This document shows, one piece after another, positions 29,101-41,700 of a stretch of DNA of 64,000 bases. This DNA is from Macrostomum lignano. Its lineage: Eukaryota. Position 1 is the first letter of the stretch; each line of letters opens with the position of its first letter. Where the stretch lies: contig NIVC01003892.1 of the NCBI GenBank assembly GCA_002269645.1, positions 7,186 through 71,185 on the forward strand, written 5' to 3'. The notes under the pieces were generated by a model. It ran no database searches. It was not told the DNA's origin and saw nothing but the letters and a program-made list of their open reading frames with translations. The translations under genes and the position numbers were made by a program.

Positions 29101-32100
29101 ATGCCTCCAATTGCCAAGAGAAAAGCTAAGAAAAGGCGACTTCTGTGTCGCGGCCGACCCAAGGGCCCAATGAAGCGACCGCGGCTTGAAGTTTTCGGAC
29201 TGCCTTTAGCTGGCCAGTCTGGCCGAAACAGCAGCGAAGATTCTAGCGACGAGGAAGACTGCCAAGAAGTTGTGGCCGCTGAGTGGCCAGTTCAGCTGGG
29301 GCAGTGCTTGGGCGGCTTCCAGCTGGAGTCCGAGCTGGACAGGAAGCAGAACTGCTGCATTGCCGGCTGCACAGTTGAGCTGAGCGGGCCTGCGAAGGTG
29401 TGAGGGGTCAAAAGGTCAAATATGCGTGATTTGCTAAAGCTGTTATTGTTAGTTTTGTCGAATTGCTCGTCTAGAGGCTAAGCTTACTATCTTAGTACTG
29501 TGTACTATCCCAGAATCCCAGATCCTCAGTAGCTGGGCCAGCCTCCCAGATCCTCGGTAGCTGGGCCAGCCTCCCAGATCCCCATGCAGTTGCTGGGCCA
29601 GCCTCCCAGATCCCCAGTTGCTGGACCAGCCTCTCAGATCCCCAGTTGCTAGGCCAGCCTCCCAGATCCCCATGCAGTTGCTGGGCCAGCCTCCCAGATC
29701 CCCAGTTGCTAGGCCAGCCTCCCAGATCCCCATGCAGTTGCTGGGTCAGCCTCCCAGATCCCCAGTTGCTAGGCCAGCCTCCCAGATCCTCAGTTGCTGG
29801 TCCAGCCTCCCAGATCCCCAGTTGCTAGGCCAGCCTCCCAGATCCCCATGCAGTTGCTGGGCCAGCCTCCCAGATCCCCAGTTGCTGGACCAGCCTCTCA
29901 GATCCCCAGTTGCTAGGCCAGCCTCCCAGATCCCCAGTTGCTGGACCAGCCTCTCAGATCCTCAGTTGCTAGGCCAGCCTCCCAGATCCCCAGTTGCTAG
30001 GCCAGCCTCCCAGATCCTCAGTTGCTAGGCCAGCCTCTCAGATCCTCAGTTGCTGGTCCAGCCTCTCAGATCCCCAGTTGCTAGACCGGCCTCCAAGATC
30101 CTCAGTTGCTGCTATTGCTGGTCCAGCCTCTCAGATCCTCAGTTGCTGGGCCAGCCTCTCACATCCTCAGTTGCTGAGCCAGCCTCTCAGATCCTCAGTT
30201 GCTGGTCCAGCCTCTCAGATCCCCAGTTGCTAGGCCAGCCTCTCAGATCCTCAGTCGCTGGGCCACCGGCCTCCCAGATCCTCAGTTGCTGGGCCACCCG
30301 CCTCCCAGATCCTCAGTTGCTGGGCCACCCGCCTCCCAGATCCTCAGTTGCTGGGCCACCCGTCTCCCAGATCCTCAGTTGCTGGGCCACCCGCCTCCCA
30401 GATCCTCAGTTGCTGAGCCACCCGCCTCCCAGATCCTCAGTTGCTGGGTCACCCGCCTCTCAGATCCTCAGTTGCTGGTCCAGCCTCTCAGATCCCCAGT
30501 TGCTAGGCCAGCCTCTCAGATCCCCAGTTGCTAGGCCAGCCTCTCAGATCCCCAGTTGCTAGGCCAGCCTCTCAGATCCTCAGTCGCTGGGCCACCCGCC
30601 TCCCAGATCCTCAGTCGCTGGGCCACCCGCCTCCCAGATCCTCAGTTGCTGGGCCACCCGCCTCCCAGATCCTCAGTTGCTGGGCCACCCGCCTCCCAGA
30701 TCCTCAGTTGCTGGGCCACCCGCCTCCCAGATCCTCATTTGCTGGGCCACCCGCCTCCCAGATCCTCAGTTGCTGGGTCACCCGCCTCCCAGATCCTCAG
30801 TTGCTGGGTCACCCGCCTCCCAGATCCTCAGTTGCTGGGCCACCCGCCTCCCAGATCCTCAGTTGCTGGGCCACCCCGCCTCCCAGATCCTCAGTTGCTG
30901 GGTCACCCGCCTCCCAGATCCTCAGTTGCTGGGCCACCCGCATCCCAGATCCTCGGAATGGTTAACAATCTGTCTCAATAACCCCAATAACCGCAGGTGC
31001 CTCTCTGCAAGCTCCGTTGCGGCCTGTACGAGCTCCGGCCGGGCAGCGGCGCCCTGGACTTCGTTTGCACCGGGCACGCAGCCGCCGCAGCCGCGGGTTG
31101 CGAGCTGGCCGCCTTGCACGGGCCGGGCCCCGCGCCCGCCCCAGAGGCCCGCGTCTGCCTGCTGTGCAAGTGCAGCTGCTTAACCTACGGTGTAGCCTGC
31201 ATCAGGCACAGCGTCCCGGCGCCTAGCGACCTGTTTCTCAACGACTGCAGTGGCGCCGGCGGCTCCTCAGTCCGCCTGTGCTCCAGTTGCGCTCACGTCG
31301 ACGCTCTCGAATTGGAATCCGGCAGTGCAACCGGCGCTACAGTCTTTCACTTCGCTTGTCGGCGCTGTCACTCAAATCTGATTGGCGGCGGCAGCTTGGC
31401 CATCGAGCAACAGCTGGCTGGCGAAGCTAAAGACGCTAACGAGAAAGATAATAGCCTACTTATTAGTAGTAAATTGGACGTTGATGACGACGAAGTTGGT
31501 GGCTATTTTGCCGAATTGCCGTCCAGCGGGGTGAGTCGTATGGGTTAAATTGAGTTGCAATGGAGTGATAATAGAGACACAATGGAGTGATAATAGAGAC
31601 ACAATGGAGTGATAATAGAGACACAATGGAGTGATAATAGAGACACAATGGAGTGACAATAGAGACACAATGGAGTGATAATAGAGACACAATGGAGTGA
31701 TAATAGAGACACAATGGAGTGACAATAGAGACACAATGGAGTGACAATAGAGACGCAATGGAGTGACAATGGAGATGCAACAGGGTGACGAGGAGACAAT
31801 GGAGTGACAGACAGGCCTGGCACAATAGGATCAATCGAACCTCAAGTGTCGGCTATTTGCTCAGGCAGCAGTTAATTTAAAAGTATATGCGAACCTCTGT
31901 TCAACCTGCCGCAGGTGCCAGCGCCGCCGCCGCCGCAGCCGTCAGTTTCGCTGTCAGCTGACTCGCTCGAAGCTTCGCTTCTGTCTGAGCAGCGGCGCCG
32001 TCGACGCATCCAGTTGACGCGGAGCTTCTCAGCCGGTCTGCATGCCGCCTCTCGAACCGATTTGGAACGCCGCCTCGCCGACCGGCTACTTGACTTGCCC

Positions 32101-33699
32101 GACAACGTCTGGGATCGGCACTCGACCGACTGCTCAGCGACGTCAACGTCGGGTTTGGCTTTCGGCCCCGGCTGTCGCCTGTTCCTGGATCGGCTGGTCT
32201 CCGCCGATTTCCAAAGTCCGCTGGTCGCCCTAGACGGATCTGTTGCCGAGCTTCAGCCGAGACTGTCCGAGCGCTGTCCGGTTGTCCGGCTGCACCTCGG
32301 CGGGAGCGTGGCCGACTATGTCGAGTTGCGACTGTCGGCCGATTCTGGCTCCGACGCCTCCCTGACGGTGCCGCTGCCGGCAGCCGTCGCCGAGGTTGCC
32401 TGCGTTTATCTGCGATGCCTGCTCGGCGAGCTGCCCGACCTTTCCCTGTGCGGCGGCGTCAGTGGCAGCGGCGGCAGGCGTCGGCACTCGCGTCGCTGCC
32501 AGGTGCTGATGCTTGACCGCGATGCCGCCTGCTGCTTGGCTTGTCGCCAGCAGCAGCGGCAGGTCGCGACGACGGCAGATTCGACAACGGCTACGAAGGA
32601 TGCCGCCGCGCCAAGCTGTTCGTCGGCGCCGTTCCTGGAGCCGCCAGTCGAGCCTTCTCTGCGGCGTCTTCGATGCCTGGTGGATTTGTGCGGCCGCTGC
32701 TCAGCCCTGGAGCCCGGCTCCGATCTCTGCCTGCTGCTGGGACACTCGCTCAAATCCGCTCTGGTTGCGCGACAGGGCGCTCAGGTGAGTGAATGAGTGA
32801 GTGAGTCAGTAAGGGATTGAGCGAGTAAGTGAGTGATTGACTGAGTGAGTGAGTGAGTGAGTGAGTGAGTAAGTGAGTAAGTGAATGACTGGGTGAGTGA
32901 GTCAGGGAGTAAGTGAGTGAATGAATGAGTGAGTCAGTGAGTAATTGAGTGAGTGAGTGAATGAATGAGGGAGTGAGTGAGTGAGTGATTGAGTGAGTGA
33001 GTGAATGAATGAGGGAGTGAGTCAGTGAGGGATTGAGCGAGTGAGTGAGTGAGTGAATAAATGAGGGAGTGAGTCAGTGAGTAATTGAGTGAGTGAGTGA
33101 GTGAATGAATGAGGGAGTGAATCAGTGAGTGATTGAGTGAGTGAGTGAATGATTAAGTGAATGAGTAAATGAATGAGGGAGTGACTGAGGGAGTAAATAA
33201 GTGAGTGAATGAATGAGTGAATGAATGAGATAGTGAGTGAGTGAGTGAATGAGTAACTGAGTGAATGAGTGAGTGAGTGAATGAGGGAGTGCTTGAGTGA
33301 TAATGACTGACAGTTGCACAATCGCATTCTCAACTTGATTGTCGGCCTTCACCCACGCAGCTCGCTGGCGCCCGTCTGCCCCCGCTGACCTGTCACAGTC
33401 GGGTGCTGCAGCTGGCCGCCGGCCTGTTGTGCACCCTGGGCAGTCGGGCCTACTCGCTGGTGACTCTCAACCTGCCTCTTGGCCTGCCATCGGCTGGGGA
33501 GCTGGCCGGCTGTCATCTAAGCGAGGACTTGCTGACTGTTCTGCGGCATCGCGACCAAGAGCTCGAGTCGGCGAAGCGATCCGGCTTCAGAGTTGTCGAC
33601 GCTGGCACTGCTGCCAGCCAAACTGCCGGATCTCGTAACAGCACAACAGTTTCCAATAAGCGAATGTCTGTTAAACGTGTTCAGGTGATCATACCTTGA
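29101..33699 (+). CDS. Uncharacterised Cys-rich, probably nuclear protein, about 679 aa. Exons 29101-29397, 30997-31530, 31915-32784, 33361-33699
   Basis: Four GC-rich open segments joined by three phase-0 GT-AG introns (2040 nt). N-terminal basic KRKAKKRR and RGRPKG; CxxC-x22-CxxC at 31279-31368. The start codon is an inference. Confidence 0.75.
29515..30955. repeat. 28-31-bp minisatellite in intron 1 of the Cys-rich gene
   Basis: CCCAGATCCTCAGTTGCTGGGCCAGCCT units grading into ...GGCCACCCGCCT units. Confidence 0.95.
31553..31810. repeat. 22-bp minisatellite in intron 2 of the Cys-rich gene
   Basis: CAATGGAGTGATAATAGAGACA units (31561, 31583, 31605). Confidence 0.95.
32785..33305. repeat. 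Degenerate (GTGA/GAAT)n microsatellite filling intron 3 of the Cys-rich gene
   Basis: Begins at the GTGAGT donor itself. Confidence 0.9.
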
Positions 33700-34379
33700 C
33701 CTCGATTCAGTAGTGCAACTAAGGACTTCTGAAGGAAAGTACTAAGCATAACGAGGTGAATAATTAGAAATCAAACCTTCATGCGTTTTGACACAAAAAA
33801 GCTTGTCACTTGATTTGTTCGCTTTGCCTGACAATAAAAACAATATGTACTTTATAGAGAAAATACGTTGATCATAATATGTAACGCCGACATATTGCCC
33901 ATCGTTAACTATTGAAAATGCAAATGGAAATATCATTAGTTTTCGATTCATTTTCGTCATTAAGTGCCCGCCAACGAGTTTTCCTATATGTAGGTAGCAT
34001 AGGGAACGAGTACGTTATTATCATATCCTGTTGGCCTTGAACTAATTTTAATTCCGAACACATTCTACAAGCGGCATTTCATCTGCGTTTTACATCGACG
34101 CCTGCTTCTCAAAACCGAAGGAAGTTCGCACAGCTATGCAAGTCGTCTACACGGAAGAACAAAGAAACTGTGCAGCAACTGCTACAAAAGACTTAATCAC
34201 AAAAGGTGGAGAGTGATGGACAGGCCCGGCACGGCAGCACCACACAAGCGGAGAGCGACGAAGATGTTGCCTGACTTTGTACATGTACAATCGTTAATTG
34301 TCTTACTTGAAAAGACACTTGTCATCTCGCAGTGTGGCAAAATGTATTAGAGATATTTTTTATCAAAGCCACACAACCG

Positions 34380-35560
34380 GCGAGAGGCATTACTGCCCAT
34401 TCCACCGACTCCCCTGAGCAGGCACACAAGCGCGCGGATACGTACGCAGTCGTACGCACAGGCACACACTCACACAGGAGTGTACAGCGGCCAAGTGAAT
34501 GTACACTTCACTGTGCCTTAGGGGTTGGGCCTCAATGACGTTAATTGCACGAGCAGAGCCACGCCAGGATTCTGATATAGCCCCAAACTAGTGACTGCAC
34601 TTGTGGGGTGGGTTTCACAACCGCTAAATCACCTACTTTCATAAGCGCTAAGTTTCATAATCGCGAAACTTCACAACCGCTTAATTTTTTCCAGTCACTT
34701 TCACAAACGCGAAACTTCACAACCGCGAAACTTCACAAACGCGAAACTTCACAACCGCGAAACTTCACAAACGCGAAACTTCACAACCGCGAAACTTCAC
34801 AAACGCGAAACTTCACAAACGCGAAACTTCACAACCGCTAAATGTCTCTACTTTCACAAACGCGAGACTTCACAACCGCGAAACTTCACAAACGCGAAAC
34901 TTCACAACCGCTAAATGTCTCTACTTTCACAAACGCGAAACTTCATAACCGCGAAATGTCTCTACTTTCACAAACGCGAAACTTCATAACCGCTAAATGT
35001 CTCTACTTTCACAAACGCGAAACTTCACAACCGCTAAATGTCTCTACTTTCACAAACGCGAAACTTCATAACCGCTAAATGTCTCTACTTTCACAAACGC
35101 GAAACTTCACAACCGCGAAACTTCACAAACGCGAAACTTCACAACCGCTAAATGTCTCTACTTTCACAAACGCGAAACTTCATAACCGCGAAATGTCTCT
35201 ACTTTCACAAACCCGAAACTTCATAACCGCGAAATGTCTCTACTTTCACAAACGCGAAACTTCATAACCGCGAAATGTCTCTACTTTCACAAACGCGAAA
35301 CTTCATAACCGCGAAATGTCTCTACTTTCACAAACGCGAAACTTCATAACCGCGAAACTTCACAACCGCTAAAATTTTTGCACTTACTTTCATATAAAAG
35401 AGTCTTTTTAGCGGTTGTGAAGTTTAGCGCTTATGAAAGTGACTGCAATTTTTTTAGCGGTTGTGAAGTTTCGCGGTTGTGAAAGCACCCTGCACTTGGA
35501 ATCGAGCCTGGGCCGCTGGCACATCAGAGCGCCGCACTAGACCACTGAGCTACGGCGCCT
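34380..35560 (-). mobile_element. tRNA-derived SINE family B, interrupted by a foldback element
   Basis: The minus strand reads GGCGCCGTAGCTCAGTGGTCTAGTGCGGCG (box A) ... GGCTCGATTCC (box B). The body resumes left of 34604 and matches 20883-21115. Confidence 0.8.
34604..35490. mobile_element. Foldback-type non-autonomous element with 16-bp subrepeats
   Basis: Direct repeat (C)TGCACTTG at 34595-34603 and 35490-35498 (8-9-bp TSD). Inverted arms of CGCGAAACTTCACAA units; left arm expanded, right arm about 80 bp. Confidence 0.8.
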
Positions 35561-36139
35561 CTTAGCGAGTTTTCAGTTTTTCAGCACTGAATTCGGAATA
35601 TTCCACCTTCTGCATGGCCTCCAAATTCTCGAGCTACATTTTATCTTCTTTATGAAATGCTACCGAAAGCCGGCAATCGAACAGAGTTGAAGCGAAATTC
35701 AGATTAGTGGGTAAACCTCCGGAAGCTTAATGCATGATTAAATAAGTGTTTGCTATTCATTACTGTGTGCGTGCCTGTCCGGCACGCGGTTTGAAGAATC
35801 GCTTGTTGATGCTGTCGCTGCTAGAGGCAATTGGAAACTTCTTTGACGGGAATTGCGGTCCAGCAGACACTGCCGTTGGGAGCGCTGCATGTAGGTCAAG
35901 GAGTGTAGGACATTTTATTACAGCTAACGACATTTTATTACAGCTAACGGTTAGCGATGACTGCTGAAGACTGCCGGGTCCGCAAGGTCTGTCTATTTCA
36001 ACACAACTTGGCTGCCGAAACTCCGTCTTTGATTGGCTGCCTCTCCGTCTGAGCGAGTCGCATTCGTCCGTAGCCATTAAATATCAATATATGATTTATA
36101 GTTCGATATATAATCGAAAATCATTCATGAAGCTCATCT

Positions 36140-36838
36140 ATGAATGTTTCCAACATCCTATCCATGAATTGTGCTCAACTCCTATCCATGAATGTTGCTC
36201 AACTCATATCCATGAATTGTGCTCAACTCCTATCCATGAATGTTGCTCAACTCATATCCATGAATGTTGCTCAACTCATATCCATGAATGTTGCTCAACC
36301 CCTATCCATGAATGTTGCTCAACTCCTATCCATGAATGTTGCTCAACTCATATCCATGAATGTTGCTCAGCTCCTATCCATGAATGTTGCTCAACTCATA
36401 TCCATGAATGTTGCTCAGCTCCTATCCATGAATGTTGCTCAACCCCTATCCATGAATGTTGCTCAACCCCTATCCATGAAAGTTGCTCAGCTCATATCCA
36501 TGAATGTTGCTCAACTCATATCCATGAATGTTGCTCAGCTCATATCCATGAATGTTGCTCAACTCCTATCCATGAATGTTGCTCAACTCATATCCATGAA
36601 TGTTGCTCAACCCCTATCCATGAATGTTGCTCAGCTCATATCCATGAATGTTGCTCAACTCATATCCATGAATGTTGCTCAACTCATATCCATGAATGTT
36701 GCTCAGCTCATATCCATGAATGTTGCTCAGCTCATATCCATGAATGTTGCTCAGCTCATATCCATGAATGTTGCTCAGCTCATATCCATGAATGTTGCTC
36801 AACTCCTATCCATGAATGTTGCTCAACTCCTATCCATG
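36140..36838. repeat. 24-bp minisatellite
   Basis: TATCCATGAATGTTGCTCA(A/G)CTC(A/C) units. Confidence 0.96.
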
Positions 36839-36841
36839 ACT

Positions 36842-37800
36842 TTCTGTCCGTGGGTTGACCAGAAGAGCGTTCACGACCAGGTTCCAGAGCGTCGGGGTAA
36901 GGACTCTGCCTTCTGGTCCCCCCTAAACAGACTCCGGTGAAAGCAGTTTGCCCAAGGAGTTGGGCAGTGACGTTACGGTTGGAAACCAAGTTCATGATCC
37001 ACCGTATGAGGGTATAGCACGAGCTTTGCTATTTTGAAGGGCCCCCTGAAACGCCTCGAAAATGACGTTGTCGAAGGCGCCTTTGATTTCGAGGAAATGC
37101 ACGCCGCTAGGGTGGCTTCATCCATAGATTTTTTTTCTGATCATGGCTGGTTTGGACATTTTGTCCGTTGTAAGGGCCTTGACAAGCCTAGAAGTACACT
37201 AGGTCTGTCTTGGTCTAACTCATTGCAAAATTGGCGCCATTTACATTACTTGGCTTTGGAGCTGGGAGGTTACCGGTTTTCATTGCACGGCGATGGAGGC
37301 TTTTGGTCTTCGCCTGAGCTTTCCCAGCTCCGGGTTCCACCACGGGATCGAGGTCTTGCCTTTGTAGGCATGGACAGCGCTGGCCGCTTCATAAGCTGCA
37401 ATCCCGTCCGCGTCTCAGGGGTATGGTCAACATCCTCGCAGGTCTCAGTCGGACATAGGCCGTTGAGTTCCTGCAGATGCAGACCAATGATAGCCTTATA
37501 GGCCGTCCAGTCAATGTTGCGGATGTCAAAGACTGGTACTTACTGTCCGTGATGTTGAAGACCATGAAGCAGTGGTCAGACAAGGAGGGTTCCTCTGATC
37601 AGACTCTCCTCTCCTCTCAACTCTATCAACGAGTCTCAGGGGTATCGAGTTTGGCATCGATAACCTCGGTCCATCTGCTGGCCTTCGCGAAGAAAAACAG
37701 CTCCGCCGAATCCAGCATCCAAGGAGACCGCCGGCAGTCGCTGGAGCAGCTGTGCGGAGGCTAATGAGAACGCATCATGTGCTTCGCAGCATCATCCGCT
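36842..37800 (-). mobile_element. Decayed non-LTR retrotransposon ORF2 fragment (APE endonuclease end plus RT), R1/LOA-like
   Basis: Minus-strand motifs in the expected order but across frameshifts: SDH (37572-37580), IDWTAYK, PWWNPEL (about 37340), WRQFCNEL, FLEIKGAFDNV (37064-37096), VLTPTLWNLVVN. Confidence 0.8.
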
Positions 37801-38764
37801 CAATGCCGATGGAGATTCCATCGACAATCAGTTCAATCAGATAGGGGTCAGGTTGGGGTTTAGGGTTTAGGGTCCCCATCCCTAGTTAAAGAGTTTTTAT
37901 TCATAGTCAGCCCAAAGGCCATGATAAAGGTTGGTGGGCTACCCAAGAAGGGGCGCAGTGTACTCACCCGGGGAAGTAGGCCAAAAGAACCCGACACCAG
38001 CAGGGGGACCGCTAGCGACCGGACTACACCCCGGTATCCCAGCCCATCGGCATGCTCAAACACCTTGGGCATTAGAGGTCGACAAATAGCAGTGCCAGCA
38101 GGTATCGCAGTCTAGCTGCGTACCTTCTGTTTTGGTCAAAGGGGTGGCACCTGATATCGCACAGGTAAGCGTATCGTGATAACCCCGTACCCTTAGAGGC
38201 TAAGGCCAGAGGCCAGAGCCCCAGAAGGGTAACCGGCGCTGTTGCCCATCCCTGCGGTCTACCTGGAACACCTGCGGGGCGTGTACGAGCGTACCCCTGG
38301 GTCGGCTGGTGCAACAGCATCGACCTCCAGCCATGCCTGCTCTAAAGAGAGGTTGGTTGAGTAGGTGCGAAGCATATATTGAAAATCTGCATGTTAGTTA
38401 TTAACTACAGTCTTGAAAGACTGAATGAGAGATGCATGGGACCCCAGGTGCGCTTAGTTCTCTTTTATGAGAAAAAATGCCGGTTCAAAGCAACGCAATG
38501 ATTGTAAGAAACTTCTAACGCCTCCAGGTTTCCACAATGTTCTTTGAACCATTCATGCAATCATGCGTGCGGATTCTTCGAAATCGAAACAAACTAAAAG
38601 AGTTTTTTCAATTTTTTTCAACATGCATTTCTCAAAGAATGTTAACTACCACATTGCCTTCGGTTCAGAACGCAAGAGCGTCAGAGCGACTCGGTTCACT
38701 TTTGCAGCAATTTTTTTTAGAAAAAAAATATTTTACAACAGCACACAGGACACACAGGTTAGTG

Positions 38765-41700
38765 CGCCAGCTACAGAGGGGCGCCAGCTACAGAGGGGCG
38801 CCAGCTACAGAGGGGGCGCCAGCTACAGAGGGGGCGCCAGCTACAGAGGGGGCGCCAGCTACAGAGGGGGCGCCTGCCAGCTACAGAGGGGGCTCCAGCT
38901 ACAGAGGGGGCGCCAGCTACAGAGGGGGCTCCAGCTACAGAGGGGGTGCCAGCTACAGAGGGGGCTCCAGCTACAGAGGGGGCGCCAGCTACAGAGGGGG
39001 CGCCAGCTACAGAGGGGGCGCCTGCCAGCTACAGAGGGGGCTCCAGCTACAGAGGGGGCGCCAGCTACAGAGGGGGCTCCAGCTACAGAGGGGGCGCCAG
39101 CTACAGAGGGGGCTCCAGCTACAGAGGGGGCTCCAGCTACAGAGGGGGCGCCAGCTACAGAGGGGGCTCCAGCTACAGAGGGGGCTCCAGCTACAGAGGG
39201 GGCTCCAGCTACAGAGGGGGCGCCAGCTACAGAGGGGGCGCCAGCTACAGAGGGGGCGCCTGCCAGCTACAGAGGGGGCTCCAGCTACAGAGGGGGCGCC
39301 AGCTACAGAGGGGGCGCCAGCTACAGAGGGGGCGCCAGCTACAGAGGGGGCGCCAGCTACAGAGGGGGCTCCAGCTACAGAGGGATCGCCAGCTACAGAG
39401 GGGGCGCCAGCTACAGAGGGGGCTCCAGCTACAGAGGGGGCTCCAGCTACAGAGGGGGCGCCAGCTACAGAGGGGGCGCCAGCTACAGAGGGGCGCCAGC
39501 TACAGAGGGGGCTCCAGCTACAGAGGGGCGCCAGCTACAGAGGGGGCTCCAGCTACAGAGGGGGCTCCAGCTACAGAGGGGGCGCCAGCTACAGAGGGGG
39601 CGCCAGCTACAGAGGGGCGCCAGCTACAGAGGGGGCTCCAGCTACAGAGGGGGCTCCAGCTACAGAGGGATCGCCAGCTACAGAGGGGGCGCCAGCTACA
39701 GAGGGGGCGCCAGCTACAGAGGGGGCGCCAGCTACAGAGGGGGCTCCAGCTACAGAGGGATCGCCAGCTACAGAGGGGGCGCCAGCTACAGAGGGGGCTC
39801 CAGCTACAGAGGGGGCTCCAGCTACAGAGGGGGCGCCAGCTACAGAGGGGGCGCCAGCTACAGAGGGGCGCCAGCTACAGAGGGGGCTCCAGCTACAGAG
39901 GGGCGCCAGCTACAGAGGGGGCTCCAGCTACAGAGGGGGCTCCAGCTACAGAGGGGGCGCCAGCTACAGAGGGGGCGCCAGCTACAGAGGGGCGCCAGCT
40001 ACAGAGGGGGCTCCAGCTACAGAGGGGGCTCCAGCTACAGAGGGATCGCCAGCTACAGAGGGGGCGCCAGCTACAGAGGGGGCGCCAGCTACAGAGGGGG
40101 CGCCAGCTACAGAGGGGGCGCCTGCCAGCTACAGAGGGGGCTCCAGCTACAGAGGGGGCGCCAGCTACAGAGTGGAGGCGCCAGCTACAGAGGGGGCGCC
40201 AGCAACAGGGGGGGTTCCAGCTACAGAGGGGGCGCCAGCTACAGAGGGGGTGCCAGCTACAGAGGGGGTGCCAGCAACAGGGGGGTTCCAGCTACAGAGG
40301 GGGCGCCAGCTACAGAGGGGGCGCCAGCTACAGAGGGGGCTCCAGCTACAGAGGGGGTGCCAGCTACAGAGGGGGTGCCAGCAACAGGGGGGTTCCAGCT
40401 ACAGAGGGGGCGCCAGCTACAGAGGGGGCGCCAGCTACAGAGGGGGCTCCAGCTACAGAGGGGGTGCCAGCTACAGAGGGGTGCCAGCTACAGAGGGGGT
40501 GCCAGCAACAGGGGGGGTTCCAGCTACAGAGGGGGTGCCAGCTACAGAGGGGGCGCCAGCTACAGAGGGGGTGCCAGCAACAGGGGGCGCCCAGCTACAG
40601 AGGGGGCGCCAGCTACAGAGGGGGCGCCAGCTACAGAGGGGGCTCCAGCTACAGAGGGGGCTCCAGCTACAGAGGGGGCGCCAGCTACAGAGGGGGGGCG
40701 CCAGCTACAGAGGGGGTGCCAGCTACAGAGGGGGCGCCAGCTACAGAGGGGGTGCCAGCTACAGAGGGGGCTCCAGCTACAGAGGGGGCTCCAGCTACAG
40801 AGGGATCGCCAGCTACAGAGGGGGCGCCAGCTACAGAGGGGGCGCCAGCTACAGAGGGGGCGCCAGCTACAGAGGGGGCGCCTGCCAGCTACAGAGGGGG
40901 CTCCAGCTACAGAGGGGGCGCCAGCTACAGAGCGGAGGCGCCAGCTACAGAGGGGGCGCCAGCAACAGGGGGGGTTCCAGCTACAGAGGGGGCGCCAGCT
41001 ACAAAGGGGGTGCCAGCTACAGAGGGGGTGCCAGCAACAGGGGGGGTTCCAGCTACAGAGGGGGCGCCAGCTACAGAGGGGGCGCCAGCTACAGAGGGGG
41101 CTCCAGCTACAGAGGGGGTGCCAGCTACAGAGGGGGCGCCAGCTACAGAGGGGGTGCCAGCTACAGAGGGGGTGCCAGCAACAGGGGGGTTCCAGCTACA
41201 GAGGGGGTGCCAGCTACAGAGGGGGCGCCAGCTACAGAGGGGGTGCCAGCTACAGAGGGGGTGCCAGCAACAGGGGGGGTTCCAGCTACAGAGGGGGTGC
41301 CAGCTACAGAGGGGGCGCCAGCTACAGAGGGGGTGCCAGCAACAGGGGGCGCCCAGCTACAGAGGGGGCGCCAGCTACAGAGGGGGCGCCAGCTACAGAG
41401 GGGGCTCCAGCTACAGAGGGGGCTCCAGCTACAGAGGGGGCTCCAGCTACAGAGGGGGCGCCAGCTACAGAGGGGGGGGGCGCCAGCTACAGAGGGGGTG
41501 CCAGCTACAGAGGGGGCGCCAGCTACAGAGGGGTGCCAGCAACAGGGGGCGCCCAGCTACAGAGGGGGTGCCAGCTACAGAGGGGGCGCCAGCTACAGAG
41601 GGGGCGCCAGCTACAGAGGGGGCGCCAGCTACAGAGGGGTGCCAGCTACAGAGGGGGCGCCAGCTACAGAGGGGGCGCCAGCTACAGAGGGGGCGCCAGC

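Noticed and set aside
35499-35560. tRNA gene (also 48749-48825)
   Set aside because: Boxes A and B are present but no complete cloverleaf or acceptor stem; both continue into repeated SINE bodies.
35760-36077. 105-aa minus-strand ORF (MATDECDS...)
   Set aside because: No domain, splice partner or other support; could be real but is not supportable from sequence alone.
36091-36858. HIHECCST-repeat ORF resembling a metallothionein or His/Cys-rich protein
   Set aside because: Translation of a 24-bp satellite; unit variants are largely non-synonymous, a second frame is equally open, and the array abuts a decayed LINE.
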